Below, in pieces: positions 1 through 8,212 of a stretch of 45,875 nt of DNA; position 1 is the stretch's first letter; the number at the start of each line of letters is the position of its first letter. The translations under genes and the position numbers were made by a program. Origin of the DNA: a virus (lineage: Duplodnaviria > Caudoviricetes); the IMG/VR virus record IMGVR_UViG_3300025018_000024, positions 1 to 45,875 of that record; one strand, given 5' to 3'. Under the pieces are notes generated by a model. That model was not told the DNA's origin and did no database searches. It saw nothing but the letters and a program-made list of their open reading frames with translations.

Positions 1-127
1 AAGAGGGCCGGGCGCTGGTCTTCAAGGAACGCCTCGAGCGCGTTCCCGCGCTTCGTCTTGAGCTTCCCGGCCTGCTGTCTTGTGCGGGGCGCTGTCATCG
101 TATCACCTCGGTCTTCGGGGGTTTGGG
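1..127. repeat. Terminal direct repeat, left copy (circular-assembly overlap)
   Basis: 1-127 is identical to 45749-45875 and cuts through the RecU-like ORF. 127 nt equals a common assembler k-mer. Confidence 0.95.
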
Positions 128-193
128 GTAGGGCTTGGCGGCCTTGAGCTGTAAGCCCCGCTCAAGCGGCCATGATGATGCGTCGGTCGTGCC

Positions 194-424
194 TCATGAC
201 CACACCTCTTCGCCGCGCTGGGCGCGCAGAAGGTCCGCCACGCCGTCTTGAACGCGCTCATATGCCTCGGTGGTGAGCTGGTCAGCTTCAGCCAGCAGGT
301 CGGCCAGCTCATCGTCATGAGCGCCGCCGGGGCCGAAGGTCATACGCTGGAACAGGCTGTTGAGCCGCGACATAAAGCTCGGGTCAACACCGTCGAGAAG
401 TTGGGGGATGAGAAGCGGCCTCAT
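194..424 (-). CDS. Hypothetical protein (76 aa)
   Basis: ATGA overlap with the stop of 421..1023; high-GC3 codon usage. Confidence 0.6.
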   Translation of the reverse strand: MRPLLIPQLLDGVDPSFMSRLNSLFQRMTFGPGGAHDDELADLLAEADQLTTEAYERVQDGVADLLRAQRGEEVWS

Positions 425-1023
425 ATCATCACCTCCCCGAACAAGCCGATCTGCGGCGCATCGTCCAGCTCAACGGTCTCGATCCGCTTCCCGGCCAGCC
501 CCGCGCGCTCGCTGCTGGGGAGGATGAGGGGGAGGGTGAACAGCGGGTTCACCAGGTCGGCCCATGCTTGGCGGTCGAGGTACTCATTCATGCCGCTGCG
601 GCGCATCGCCTGGTATTCGGGGGTCGCGCGCCACTTCTCGATGATGGTGGCGGCCAGCTCCGGCAGTACGTTCTTCAGCTCCGCGCCCAGCTCGAGCTGA
701 TGGCCGAAGGTCTCGACCCAGCCGAAGCCCTTAGAGAAGTGCAGCGTGATCATCTGGCCCCAATAGATGCGCCCGGCGAGGTCACGCCCGCCATCGTGGA
801 AGGCGTGAAGGTCGGCGCACCAGATCCCATGCTTGTCGCAGAAGGTGAGGCGGTAGACGTCGCGCCTGGTGTCGTAGACGTAGGCCGCGGCGGGGTGGTC
901 GGGCTGGATGCTCGCGCGGCGCTTCGCGGCCCATAGGGTGAGGGCTTCCAAGATGGGAAGTTGGTTGCTGTCGGGGGAGTCGATGCGCTGCATCTGGCGC
1001 ATGTTCGTGTGGTCGTAGTGCAT
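421..1023 (-). CDS. Hypothetical protein (200 aa)
   Basis: Globular composition; ATG preceded by the GAGAC-type leader seen at other starts. Confidence 0.75.
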   Translation of the reverse strand: MHYDHTNMRQMQRIDSPDSNQLPILEALTLWAAKRRASIQPDHPAAAYVYDTRRDVYRLTFCDKHGIWCADLHAFHDGGRDLAGRIYWGQMITLHFSKGFGWVETFGHQLELGAELKNVLPELAATIIEKWRATPEYQAMRRSGMNEYLDRQAWADLVNPLFTLPLILPSSERAGLAGKRIETVELDDAPQIGLFGEVMI

Positions 1024-1060
1024 GGCGTGTCTCGTGTGGCGGTGCGTTCAAGCAGCAACG

Positions 1061-1087
1061 CCCCGCTGACGGGTCAAGTCAGCGGGG
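1061..1087. terminator. GC-rich hairpin CCCCGCTGAC-N7-GTCAGCGGGG
   Basis: 10-bp inverted repeat in the intergenic gap after the stop at 1109; no U-tract. Confidence 0.5.
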
Positions 1088-1108
1088 CGGGTTAGGCGGT
1101 CGGGCGGA

Positions 1109-2173
1109 TCAGTCGGCGGGGCTGTCGTATCCGCGCTTCGCGCAAGCCTTGATGGGGAGGCCGTCCTCGGTCGATGCGAAGTCCACCTTCACGCGGTCGT
1201 ACTTCACCACCGCCGCAAGGTCATCGGCCAGCCGGTCGGCCAGCTCCGCAGCGCGCCCATCAAACGCGCGGTATTCGGTCAGCCAGAGCTGAAGCGCGCG
1301 GGCGGTCACATCCTTGAAGGCGGGCTTCAGCGTGATGGTCAGCTTGCCCGAACGCTGGACACCATCCTCGGTGTAAGACTGGATGACGGGGCCGATGGTC
1401 ACGCTGTCCACCTCACCGCGCCAGTCCACCAGCCCTGCGGTGAGGCAGGGACGCGCCTTGTGGACGATGGCGCGGTGGGCCTCCTTCAGCTTCTTCATCT
1501 TCTCCTCATCGGCCTCCGCGGCGGCCTTCTCCGGGGAGGTCGGATTCTTCAACTCAAGGGGCTCGCCAAGCCCCGACTTCTTCGCCTCTGGGGAGGCCGC
1601 CCGCGTCGAGGGCAGGGGCGGCGTCCTGAACGGGTTGGAAGCGGCGGGCTGGGCGGGCTGGGCGGGCTGGGCGGGCTGGGCGGGCTGCGAGGGATCGGCG
1701 GTCGGGTTCTTCTTGGTCGTCATGTCGGGGTCTCCGGCGGTGGTGTCGCCCTGGTGGGCGGGGGTGGGGGATGATGCGCTTGACGCGGCGGCTGCGGCGC
1801 GGTCAGCGAGGTTGATGATCTTGGTGTCGGGCGCGCTCACCATCGTCGCGGGCGCGCTGCTCATCGCGCTGCGGAGGATGTCGCTGATGCGGGGGAGGTT
1901 CACCTCGTTCAGCCAGCCCTGCGCGACATCGATGGCCATCCGCGTCTTGCTCTGCGGGTCGCGCTTCGTCGCATAGCGCAGCGCCAGCTCCCAGCTCTCC
2001 CCCTCGTTGGTCGCGCGGTGCCACAACTCCCAGCCGCTGCTGTGGCCGGTGGTGAGCTGGTTATGCGGCGTGTCATCAACGCCAGCGTCGGCCATCCCAT
2101 AGGCGAGCGCGATGGCAGCGAGGCCGGCGGCGCGGATGGCATCCTCGGAGGCGTAGACATCGGCCAGCGTCAT
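1109..2173 (-). CDS. Protein with low-complexity linker and C-terminal QueF-like (T-fold) domain lacking catalytic residues; possible internal start at 1723
   Basis: C-terminus KLTITLKP..KDVTARALQLWLTEYR....AELADRLADDL..VVKYDRVKV parallels the QueF pattern (TIYISYIP..KMVESKSLKLYLFSFR...HEDCMNIIMNDL). The ATG at 2173 overlaps the upstream stop; GGAG-N8-ATG at 1723. Confidence 0.6.
   Translation of the reverse strand: MTLADVYASEDAIRAAGLAAIALAYGMADAGVDDTPHNQLTTGHSSGWELWHRATNEGESWELALRYATKRDPQSKTRMAIDVAQGWLNEVNLPRISDILRSAMSSAPATMVSAPDTKIINLADRAAAAASSASSPTPAHQGDTTAGDPDMTTKKNPTADPSQPAQPAQPAQPAQPAASNPFRTPPLPSTRAASPEAKKSGLGEPLELKNPTSPEKAAAEADEEKMKKLKEAHRAIVHKARPCLTAGLVDWRGEVDSVTIGPVIQSYTEDGVQRSGKLTITLKPAFKDVTARALQLWLTEYRAFDGRAAELADRLADDLAAVVKYDRVKVDFASTEDGLPIKACAKRGYDSPAD
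1643..1687. repeat. 9-bp tandem repeat (GGCGGGCTG)x5 encoding (QPA)n
   Basis: Read directly from the sequence. Confidence 0.95.
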
Positions 2174-2556
2174 GTCAGCGGGGACCGCGCCGATCTCGCA
2201 GACGCCCCATCCCTGGTGCGCGTGAAGGCTGCGGACAAGGCCATCTGCCCGATCATCAGGATGGGCTTGGACGCAGCCCACAGCTTCGGGTCAACGTCGC
2301 GCTTCCAGACCTCAAGGTCTGCGAAGACATCGGCGCGGTCGAAGCGGATGGCGCGACCAGAGACGCCGAAATGCTCCCCGGTCGCGTTGTCGATGTCGTT
2401 GATCTTGGGCCGGTCGGGCTGTGCCATGAGGCAACCAGCGAACACGTTGACGGCCAGCGCATAGGCGCGGACCGTCACGTTGACGTTCGAGATAGGCAAC
2501 CAGTCGGCATACTTAGGAGGGCGGATGCCATCCTTAAAAGCGAGGCAGGTGATCAT
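2170..2556 (-). CDS. Hypothetical protein (128 aa)
   Basis: AGGA RBS upstream; translationally coupled to the next gene. Confidence 0.7.
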   Translation of the reverse strand: MITCLAFKDGIRPPKYADWLPISNVNVTVRAYALAVNVFAGCLMAQPDRPKINDIDNATGEHFGVSGRAIRFDRADVFADLEVWKRDVDPKLWAASKPILMIGQMALSAAFTRTRDGASARSARSPLT

Positions 2557-2661
2557 GGGTCTTCCTGTGGGTCAAGGCCGCGAGTCTTTGCGGCGGGTTG
2601 ACGCGCGCGGCGGCGCGTCTTCTTTGTTTATCGTGACACCTTAGAGCTTTGTCAAGTTATT

Positions 2662-4593
2662 TTATTCACCTCCCTCGTATGGCGGGATCTCACCATCCCA
2701 GCGCGTGAACGTGTTGCAATCGAGGTCGGCGTCAAGATGCACCGTACCGGGCTCGGTGTGACGGGATATAGATTGCCACACAACGGTTAGCCGACGCCGC
2801 TTCTTATCTTCTGGCTCGTTCCCCTTCTCATCCCAGAAGGGCCGGTGAACCACGAGGCAAGCGTCACAGTCTTGTTCAATTGCGCCTGACCCTCTCATAT
2901 CGGAAGGTGAGGGCAGGACGCCCGCCCCCTTCTTGGCCCCGCCGCGGTTGAAGTGGCTGACGTACAGGCCAAGAAACCCCTTCTCGATGGCGGACCCGGT
3001 GAGTTGCTGTGAAGCCTCGGTGACATTCTGATATTCGGCTGAAGAGCCAGAGAAGCCCGCATCGACGCGCTGGATGTAGTCCACCACGACGATCAGCTTG
3101 CGCGGCTCATGCCCTTGCTCATGAGCCTCCGCTTGCAGCTCCGCGAGGCGCGCGTCTGTGTTCAGCAGGATGTCTTGAAGGCGGGGCTTGGGGGAGTTGT
3201 AGAAGCGGATCAGCTCCCCGATCTGCTGGATGGCGACGCGGCTCTTGAGCAGCTCGCGCTGATGGTCCATGTCGCGGCGCGCGGAATACTGGACCTCGCC
3301 CCCGACGATCCGTAGCGGGCGGCGCAGGGTCGATTCCCGCAGCGTCCCTCGATAGCTCACAGCCCTCTGCGCCATCGTGGTCGCGGTCATCTCGACGCTG
3401 TACCAGTCCACCGCGCAGCCGTAGCCTTGCACCAGGTCAAGCACGACCTGCGCCGTGAACTTCGTCTTCCCCATCTTGGACAGCCCCGCGATGACGATGC
3501 TGCGGCCTGTGTGCCAGCCGCCGAGCAGCTCGTCGAGATCCACCAGGCCGGTCCGCATCCCCTCATCGACGTTCCCCAGCTCACGCTCTTCATACTCAAG
3601 CGCCCACTTCTGCTCGGCCTCCCGCAGCGTCGTGTAAGACGCGCTGCGCTTCGTGCGCAGGACAGCAGCGAAGCGAGCCGCCGCCGCGGCGAAGAGGTCT
3701 TCTGTATGATGAGCGGCGGTGCTTTGGGCGGCCTGCAAGACTTCTTGCAGCTCAAGGATCAGCCGCCGCTGGCGACCGTAGTTGGACAGGATGACCAGCA
3801 GGTCATCAAAGCTCGCAGCCTTGTGGTCTTCGCGCTGCGCAAGCCCGAGATAATTTTTTGCCTGCCACTCCCAGACGTTGCTCTGCTCAATCAGCATGTC
3901 ATCTTTACTAGAATAGATGGCATCCTGAATAACAGGGCGAGAGAGTTCCAAGCCATGATCTGCAAGCCTTTTAAGCAGGCGATACAGCCGACGGTTTGCA
4001 TCGTGCTTGAAGTCTTCAGGATCAAGGCACGCTTCAACCTTTGACCACAAACGCGCGTCCCATATGACGCGGCCAAGAACATAGTTCTCAAGCTCGATGT
4101 TCGCAGGCAGATAAGTTGATGCTGCGCGACGATCTAGACCAGCAGACTTTGTAAGACGATCCAGCGCGCCAGCAGTCCAGCCGTCAAAGTCTTCTACGTC
4201 CTCATAAGCCTCATCAATTACGCTATGGCCTGCGGTTATAATCTGCCTAAGCGTTGACTTTCTCTTGACAATTTGTGCATAGAAATTGAAATTCGCCGCG
4301 CTTGGAACCTCAGAAGATAAGCGAGCTATAAAGTTTGGGCCGCCGACCAGATCGAGCTGACCCTCTGCGTTGAGCTGGTCAGCCAGCGTGATCGTGTCCA
4401 GCGCCTCCCCACGCTTGTGCAAGGTGAGCATCGCGCGCCAGATATGGCGGTGGCTCTCACGGTAGAAGTCACCAGCCCGCAACGCGGCTGATAGGGCATC
4501 CATGATGCGATTGTCGATAAGCGCAGCGCCGAGCGTTGAGCGCTCGGCCTCATCGTTGTGAGGCATGACGCGGATCGTATCAGAATTGAGCAT
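2662..4593 (-). CDS. dnaB: DnaB-like replicative helicase with two tandem N-terminal domains
   Basis: DnaB_N PHNDEAERSTLG..DFYRESHRHIW, a second PANIELENYVLG..EDFKHDANRRLY, then TGLVDLDELLGG, Walker A GLSKMGKT, Walker B VVDYIQ and DMRGSGAIEQDCD. Confidence 0.95.
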   Translation of the reverse strand: MLNSDTIRVMPHNDEAERSTLGAALIDNRIMDALSAALRAGDFYRESHRHIWRAMLTLHKRGEALDTITLADQLNAEGQLDLVGGPNFIARLSSEVPSAANFNFYAQIVKRKSTLRQIITAGHSVIDEAYEDVEDFDGWTAGALDRLTKSAGLDRRAASTYLPANIELENYVLGRVIWDARLWSKVEACLDPEDFKHDANRRLYRLLKRLADHGLELSRPVIQDAIYSSKDDMLIEQSNVWEWQAKNYLGLAQREDHKAASFDDLLVILSNYGRQRRLILELQEVLQAAQSTAAHHTEDLFAAAAARFAAVLRTKRSASYTTLREAEQKWALEYEERELGNVDEGMRTGLVDLDELLGGWHTGRSIVIAGLSKMGKTKFTAQVVLDLVQGYGCAVDWYSVEMTATTMAQRAVSYRGTLRESTLRRPLRIVGGEVQYSARRDMDHQRELLKSRVAIQQIGELIRFYNSPKPRLQDILLNTDARLAELQAEAHEQGHEPRKLIVVVDYIQRVDAGFSGSSAEYQNVTEASQQLTGSAIEKGFLGLYVSHFNRGGAKKGAGVLPSPSDMRGSGAIEQDCDACLVVHRPFWDEKGNEPEDKKRRRLTVVWQSISRHTEPGTVHLDADLDCNTFTRWDGEIPPYEGGE

Positions 4594-4655
4594 GATGCAG
4601 GTCTCACTAAAAGCCGCGACGCTGCGGGTCAACCAGCGTCGCGGGGTGGGGGAGG

Positions 4656-5198
4656 TCAGAGAGTGATCTGGTGGTTGTCGGGGCGCGTCATCGTGATGTC
4701 CTCAAGGCCGCCGCCGAGCTTGTCGGGGAGCGCGACATCGAACGTCAGCGCGTCAGCATGGACGCCATCCACGACCGTCCAGCCGATCCGCACGGCCTTG
4801 ATGGCGGGGTGTGGGTTGGCGAGCGTGTAGGACGTGGAGACGCCGGGGAGGCCGCCGGGGTGGCTGGTGTTGGCGATGGCGGTGAGCTTGCAGCCCAGCA
4901 CGGTCTCAACCGCCTCACGCATGGCAGCGCGGCGCGCGCGCCCATGCTCGGCCCCGCCCTTGAAGCCTGCGCACAGCTCGCGCGCCAGCTCCCTACAAGC
5001 ATCGACCTGGGGATGATCCACCGCCCACACGCGACGGTCAAAGCGCAGGCCGCGGACATGCGGCGCAAGGTAGGGGTCATGCTCGCCAGCGGCCAGCAGG
5101 TCGGCGGGTGTCATGCTGGCGGCCATCCGCTCGGCCAGCGCCGCGGCCTGCGCGCGCGCGACGGGGCTGATGGTGACGCTGATGTTTGTCTTGGTCAT
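4656..5198 (-). CDS. Hypothetical protein
   Basis: AGGAG RBS before the ATG at 5198; coding-like codon usage. Confidence 0.7.
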   Translation of the reverse strand: MTKTNISVTISPVARAQAAALAERMAASMTPADLLAAGEHDPYLAPHVRGLRFDRRVWAVDHPQVDACRELARELCAGFKGGAEHGRARRAAMREAVETVLGCKLTAIANTSHPGGLPGVSTSYTLANPHPAIKAVRIGWTVVDGVHADALTFDVALPDKLGGGLEDITMTRPDNHQITL

Positions 5199-5250
5199 GG
5201 TGCTTCTCCTGGTGACGCGCGCCGCCCTGATGAGCGGCGCGCTGGGGTGG

Positions 5251-5526
5251 TCAGAACAACCCTTTCTCGACGTGAGAGAGGGCCGCGGCGAACGTGTCAT
5301 AAGGCCACTCGGCCAGCGCATAGCGTGTGCCCTTGCTGGCGTTGCCCTCATGCAGCGCCACGAACCAGCCGCCCAGCCGACCAGGCTGGATGGTCACGCG
5401 CTCGTTGCCGCGCACAAGGCCGATGAACGGCGTCGGCCCTCGCAGGTCCATCTCTACAAACTCCCAGCCCCCAACCTTCGCGCCGGGGGTCAAGGCCGCG
5501 TCAAGAATCTCGTCTTTCTGGCTCAT
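5251..5526 (-). CDS. Hypothetical protein (91 aa)
   Basis: ATGA coupling with 5523..5783. Confidence 0.7.
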   Translation of the reverse strand: MSQKDEILDAALTPGAKVGGWEFVEMDLRGPTPFIGLVRGNERVTIQPGRLGGWFVALHEGNASKGTRYALAEWPYDTFAAALSHVEKGLF

Positions 5527-5783
5527 GCTGCGGCCCTCATGTCGTTGATGGCGGCTGTCCAGTCAGCCGCGGTCAGGGTCTCAAGCTCGGGCTGGCGGAT
5601 CATGTAGTCGCGGAGGATAAGCGCCAGCTCCGCGCCGCTCTTCTTGTACAGGCCGGTCATCTTGTCGTGGTACTCAACCAGCCCAGCGCGACAGCCTAGC
5701 GTGTTGACGGGGAGGGGGCGCGGTCCCTCGCTTATCCAGCGGGTGAAGATGCTGTCGATGATCAAGGCGTGTGGGTTTGTCAT
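5523..5783 (-). CDS. Hypothetical protein (86 aa)
   Basis: CCCACAGGA leader/RBS upstream. Confidence 0.7.
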   Translation of the reverse strand: MTNPHALIIDSIFTRWISEGPRPLPVNTLGCRAGLVEYHDKMTGLYKKSGAELALILRDYMIRQPELETLTAADWTAAINDMRAAA

Positions 5784-5843
5784 TGTGGTTTATCCTGTGG
5801 GTTCTGTGGAAAAGCCCGCCCTTGTCAGGGGCGGGGCGCTGTA

Positions 5844-6065
5844 TCAGTTGTGGCCGTCGAACTCGCCCTCGTTCACGCGGCGGGTCCACCCGTCGATGAG
5901 CTGGCGGATGTTCAGGTTGTCGAGGTCCACACGACCGTTGAGCGCGTGCTTGAACATCTCATGGTCGCGGCCTGTGGTGCGGACCAGCGCGAGCTTCTTG
6001 GCGGTCAGCCGGATCTCGTAGGTCTCGCCGTTGGGCGCGGTCAGCTTGATGGGGAACTGGGTCGT
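5844..6065 (-). CDS. Hypothetical protein (73 aa) with ACG at the start position; absent from the ORF track
   Basis: Frame TTQFPIKLTAPNGETYEIRLTAKKLALVR..GEFDGHN* has almost all C/G third positions. The GAGACCCGAC leader sits directly before ACG, and an in-frame TGA upstream excludes an earlier ATG. Confidence 0.7.
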   Translation of the reverse strand, partial: TTQFPIKLTAPNGETYEIRLTAKKLALVRTTGRDHEMFKHALNGRVDLDNLNIRQLIDGWTRRVNEGEFDGHN

Positions 6066-6165
6066 GTCGGGTCTCTCATGCTGCGGTCTGTTGCGCTGTC
6101 GTCAACCTTGACGACGAGGGAAGATATAAAGCCGGGGCGGTCTGTCGTCAAGGTGTTTTTACACA
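6066..6165 (-). promoter_or_regulatory. Sigma70-like promoter with palindromic operator, copy 1
   Basis: Minus strand TTGACG-17-TATATC(TT). Palindrome GTCGTCAA-CC-TTGACGAC at 6098-6115. Near-identical to 9496-9600. Confidence 0.75.
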
Positions 6166-6192
6166 ATTCGACAGCACGCCCAAAAGGTCGCT

Positions 6193-7476
6193 TTATTCTT
6201 CTGGATATTCCTCGGGGAACTTCAGGCGCAACAGGCGCTCAACCTCGGCGTCCACGATGGCGCGCTGGGCGGCTGGCATGTTCGCCAGCGCGTCGCGGGG
6301 CTTGACCGGCTCGGGCGGTCCCGTCAGCGGGGCCGGAGCTGGGCGCGGCGCGACACGCTTGGCCTTCGCGGCCAGCCGCTCCAACGCTGCGCAGAAGTAG
6401 CGCAGCGGGGAGTTGATGCCGCGGCGGCCCCGCCCCATCGTCTCGAACACCTCCCGCAGCTCGGCGGCTGTCCAGTGCGCCAAGACGTGAAGCGCGAGGT
6501 CTGTGTTCGTCGCTGACCAGGGGGCGCTTTGCCCGATGGCGTTGTTCCATGCGCCGATAAACTCGCTCATATCAAGGCGGTCTTTCACCGCCAGCGGCGC
6601 GCGGCCCTTCGCGTCGGGCAAGCTCTTATCGCCAGCCGACGCGATGCGCTTGGGGACGTGGCTTGCAGCGGGGCCGCTGGGCGCTTCCTCGGCGCGGTCG
6701 GGGCGGATGGTGTCGGCCAGCTCATCGAAGCCCGCAGAACGCGCCGTTGGGGCCTTCTCGCCTGTGTTTGGGTTCTGGCCGTAAGGCTGAACATCATCCC
6801 CAGCTCGCGACCTCATGCCGCTCGCCTGCGCGTTGATGATGTTTTTCTTCTGTTCTTCTAAAGCCTGTTCTTCTTTAAGGGGCGGATTTCCCGTAAGCGG
6901 ATAATCCGTAAGCGGTGATGATGCGCTTTTTTGTGGGGCGTCTTGCGGGTTATCCGCATTTTGACCGCGTTTTTTGGGGGATGAAGGGGTGTTCTTCACC
7001 GCTTCCGGCTTTTCCGTAACTGGTGAGCGCACCGCTTCCGGCTTATCCGCAACTTGACCGCGTTTTTTGGGGGAGCTTGGCGGGTTATCCGCAAGCGCGA
7101 CACGCTGCGCATGGCGCTCATGCGCATCCGCTGCGACCAGCAGGCCGCCGATCTGGTCAGCGATGTCGCGGGCGTTGAGCAGCGCGGGGTCATCCGCGAC
7201 CGCGTAATGGGTTGAGCCGAGCCGCCCGGCCACGCCGCGCACTTGGACGCGCGCCAGATAGCCCAGCTCTTCAAGCTCGTGGATGGCGGTGTTGATGGCG
7301 TCGCGCCCATCGGTCGTCACCGAGCGCAGGGCGTGAACCGACAGGTTGAACCCGTCAGCGTGTGACAGCAGATAAGCAAGAAGCCCGCGAGCCTTGAAGC
7401 TCAAGCGGGCGTCGCGCAGCGCGGTGTTGCTGATGCGTGTGAATGGGTCGGCGCTGCGGATCGTAAAAATGCGCAT
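6193..7476 (-). CDS. Phage replication initiator (winged-HTH, lambda O / replisome-organiser type)
   Basis: N-terminus FTRISNTALRDARLSFKARGLLAYLLS...GRDAINTAIHELEELGYL; internal DNA repeats; upstream of DnaB. Confidence 0.85.
   Translation of the reverse strand: MRIFTIRSADPFTRISNTALRDARLSFKARGLLAYLLSHADGFNLSVHALRSVTTDGRDAINTAIHELEELGYLARVQVRGVAGRLGSTHYAVADDPALLNARDIADQIGGLLVAADAHERHAQRVALADNPPSSPKKRGQVADKPEAVRSPVTEKPEAVKNTPSSPKKRGQNADNPQDAPQKSASSPLTDYPLTGNPPLKEEQALEEQKKNIINAQASGMRSRAGDDVQPYGQNPNTGEKAPTARSAGFDELADTIRPDRAEEAPSGPAASHVPKRIASAGDKSLPDAKGRAPLAVKDRLDMSEFIGAWNNAIGQSAPWSATNTDLALHVLAHWTAAELREVFETMGRGRRGINSPLRYFCAALERLAAKAKRVAPRPAPAPLTGPPEPVKPRDALANMPAAQRAIVDAEVERLLRLKFPEEYPEE
6836..7093. 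repeat. Iteron-like repeats plus AT-rich tract inside the initiator gene (putative origin)
   Basis: TTGACCGCGTTTTTTGGGGGA at 6961 and 7054; GCGGGTTATCCGCA at 6945 and 7080; ACCGCTTCCGGCTT at 6998 and 7031; CCGTAAGCGG at 6891 and 6906; T-rich 6836-6880. Confidence 0.75.
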
Positions 7477-7499
7477 GTGTTGTCCTGTCTTGGGTTGAC

Positions 7500-7594
7500 A
7501 GGGTGCGCGTGGTGTGCAAGCTAAACCTTGCATGGTGGAGACCGCGCACCCTACGTTTCATTGACACCCCCGCAGTTGGCTCTGCGGGGGTGTC
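7500..7594. other. Two hairpins in the leader of the initiator gene
   Basis: AGGGTGCGCG/CGCGCACCCT (7500-7551, with inner TGCAAG/CTTGCA) and a 13-bp stem GACACCCCCGCAG/CTGCGGGGGTGTC (7563-7594). Confidence 0.6.
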
Positions 7595-7623
7595 GTCTTT
7601 CTTGGCTCGCCATCGGCGGCGTG

Positions 7624-7743
7624 TCAATGCCCGATCTCGCGTCCATCCCGAAGCAGCGCCGAACACCAGGCGATGAGCGCCAGCACGAACAGCGGGTTGG
7701 TGATGAGGTCGCAGGCCGTTGACCAGGCGTTGAACGTCAGCAT
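7624..7743 (-). CDS. Small hydrophobic peptide (39 aa)
   Basis: MLTFNAWSTACDLITNPLFVLALIAWCSALLRDGREIGH; start overlaps the stop of the upstream gene. Confidence 0.45.
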   Translation of the reverse strand: MLTFNAWSTACDLITNPLFVLALIAWCSALLRDGREIGH

Positions 7744-8201
7744 GGCGCATCCTGCGCGTCGGGGCCGGGGAGCTGCACCAGGCCGAGGGCGGAGAGGTCG
7801 GGCGTGTAGGGCTCATCCTGCGCTGACAGCCGGAAGAACCCGACGAGCTGCGGGTCGTAGGCCATCAGGGCGCGGGCGTAGAAAGCGCGGTGGGCGTTGG
7901 CGAGCTTGTAGTCGCCGCCGTTGGTGCGCACCGCCCAGCTCCACCGCAGCCGCTCGTAATAGAGCGCGATGGACCCATGCCGCCAGCCGTCGCGGCGCGT
8001 GGCGCTGGCGAGCTGATGCAGCGCGCGGAAGATGTGCGGGTTGGCGTTGTGGAAGGCGATGAAGCGCTCGGTCAGCGTCCCGCCCTTCGAGATCGGCAGA
8101 AGGTCGAACAGGGCGAGCTGCCCATCGATGCGCGCGAGGGCATCGGCGCGGATGACCTCCCCGGCATTGGGAACGCGGCGGATCTGGCTGTCTTGGGTCA
8201 T
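7737..8201 (-). CDS. Conserved phage hypothetical protein
   Basis: Pattern F.AFH.ANP.I...ERLRW...YKL.N.HRAFYAR.LM..DP.L.GFF resembles a widespread phage family; GAGGAG RBS. Confidence 0.75.
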   Translation of the reverse strand: MTQDSQIRRVPNAGEVIRADALARIDGQLALFDLLPISKGGTLTERFIAFHNANPHIFRALHQLASATRRDGWRHGSIALYYERLRWSWAVRTNGGDYKLANAHRAFYARALMAYDPQLVGFFRLSAQDEPYTPDLSALGLVQLPGPDAQDAPC

Positions 8202-8212
8202 GGCTGTTCTCC

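Noticed and set aside
1-127. Terminal repeat as a biological direct terminal repeat of the virion DNA
   Set aside because: It is exactly 127 nt and falls inside the RecU-like gene, which is typical of a de Bruijn circular overlap.
98-197. Mini-ORF MRHDRRIIMAA* in frame with RecU across one TGA (readthrough or recoded TGA)
   Set aside because: RecU has its own strong GAGGTGA RBS, and TGA is the normal stop throughout the genome.
6891-7093. CRISPR-like or DGR template repeats
   Set aside because: The repeats are irregular and in frame within rep. I see no regular spacers, cas genes, reverse transcriptase or adenine-specific mismatched repeat pair.
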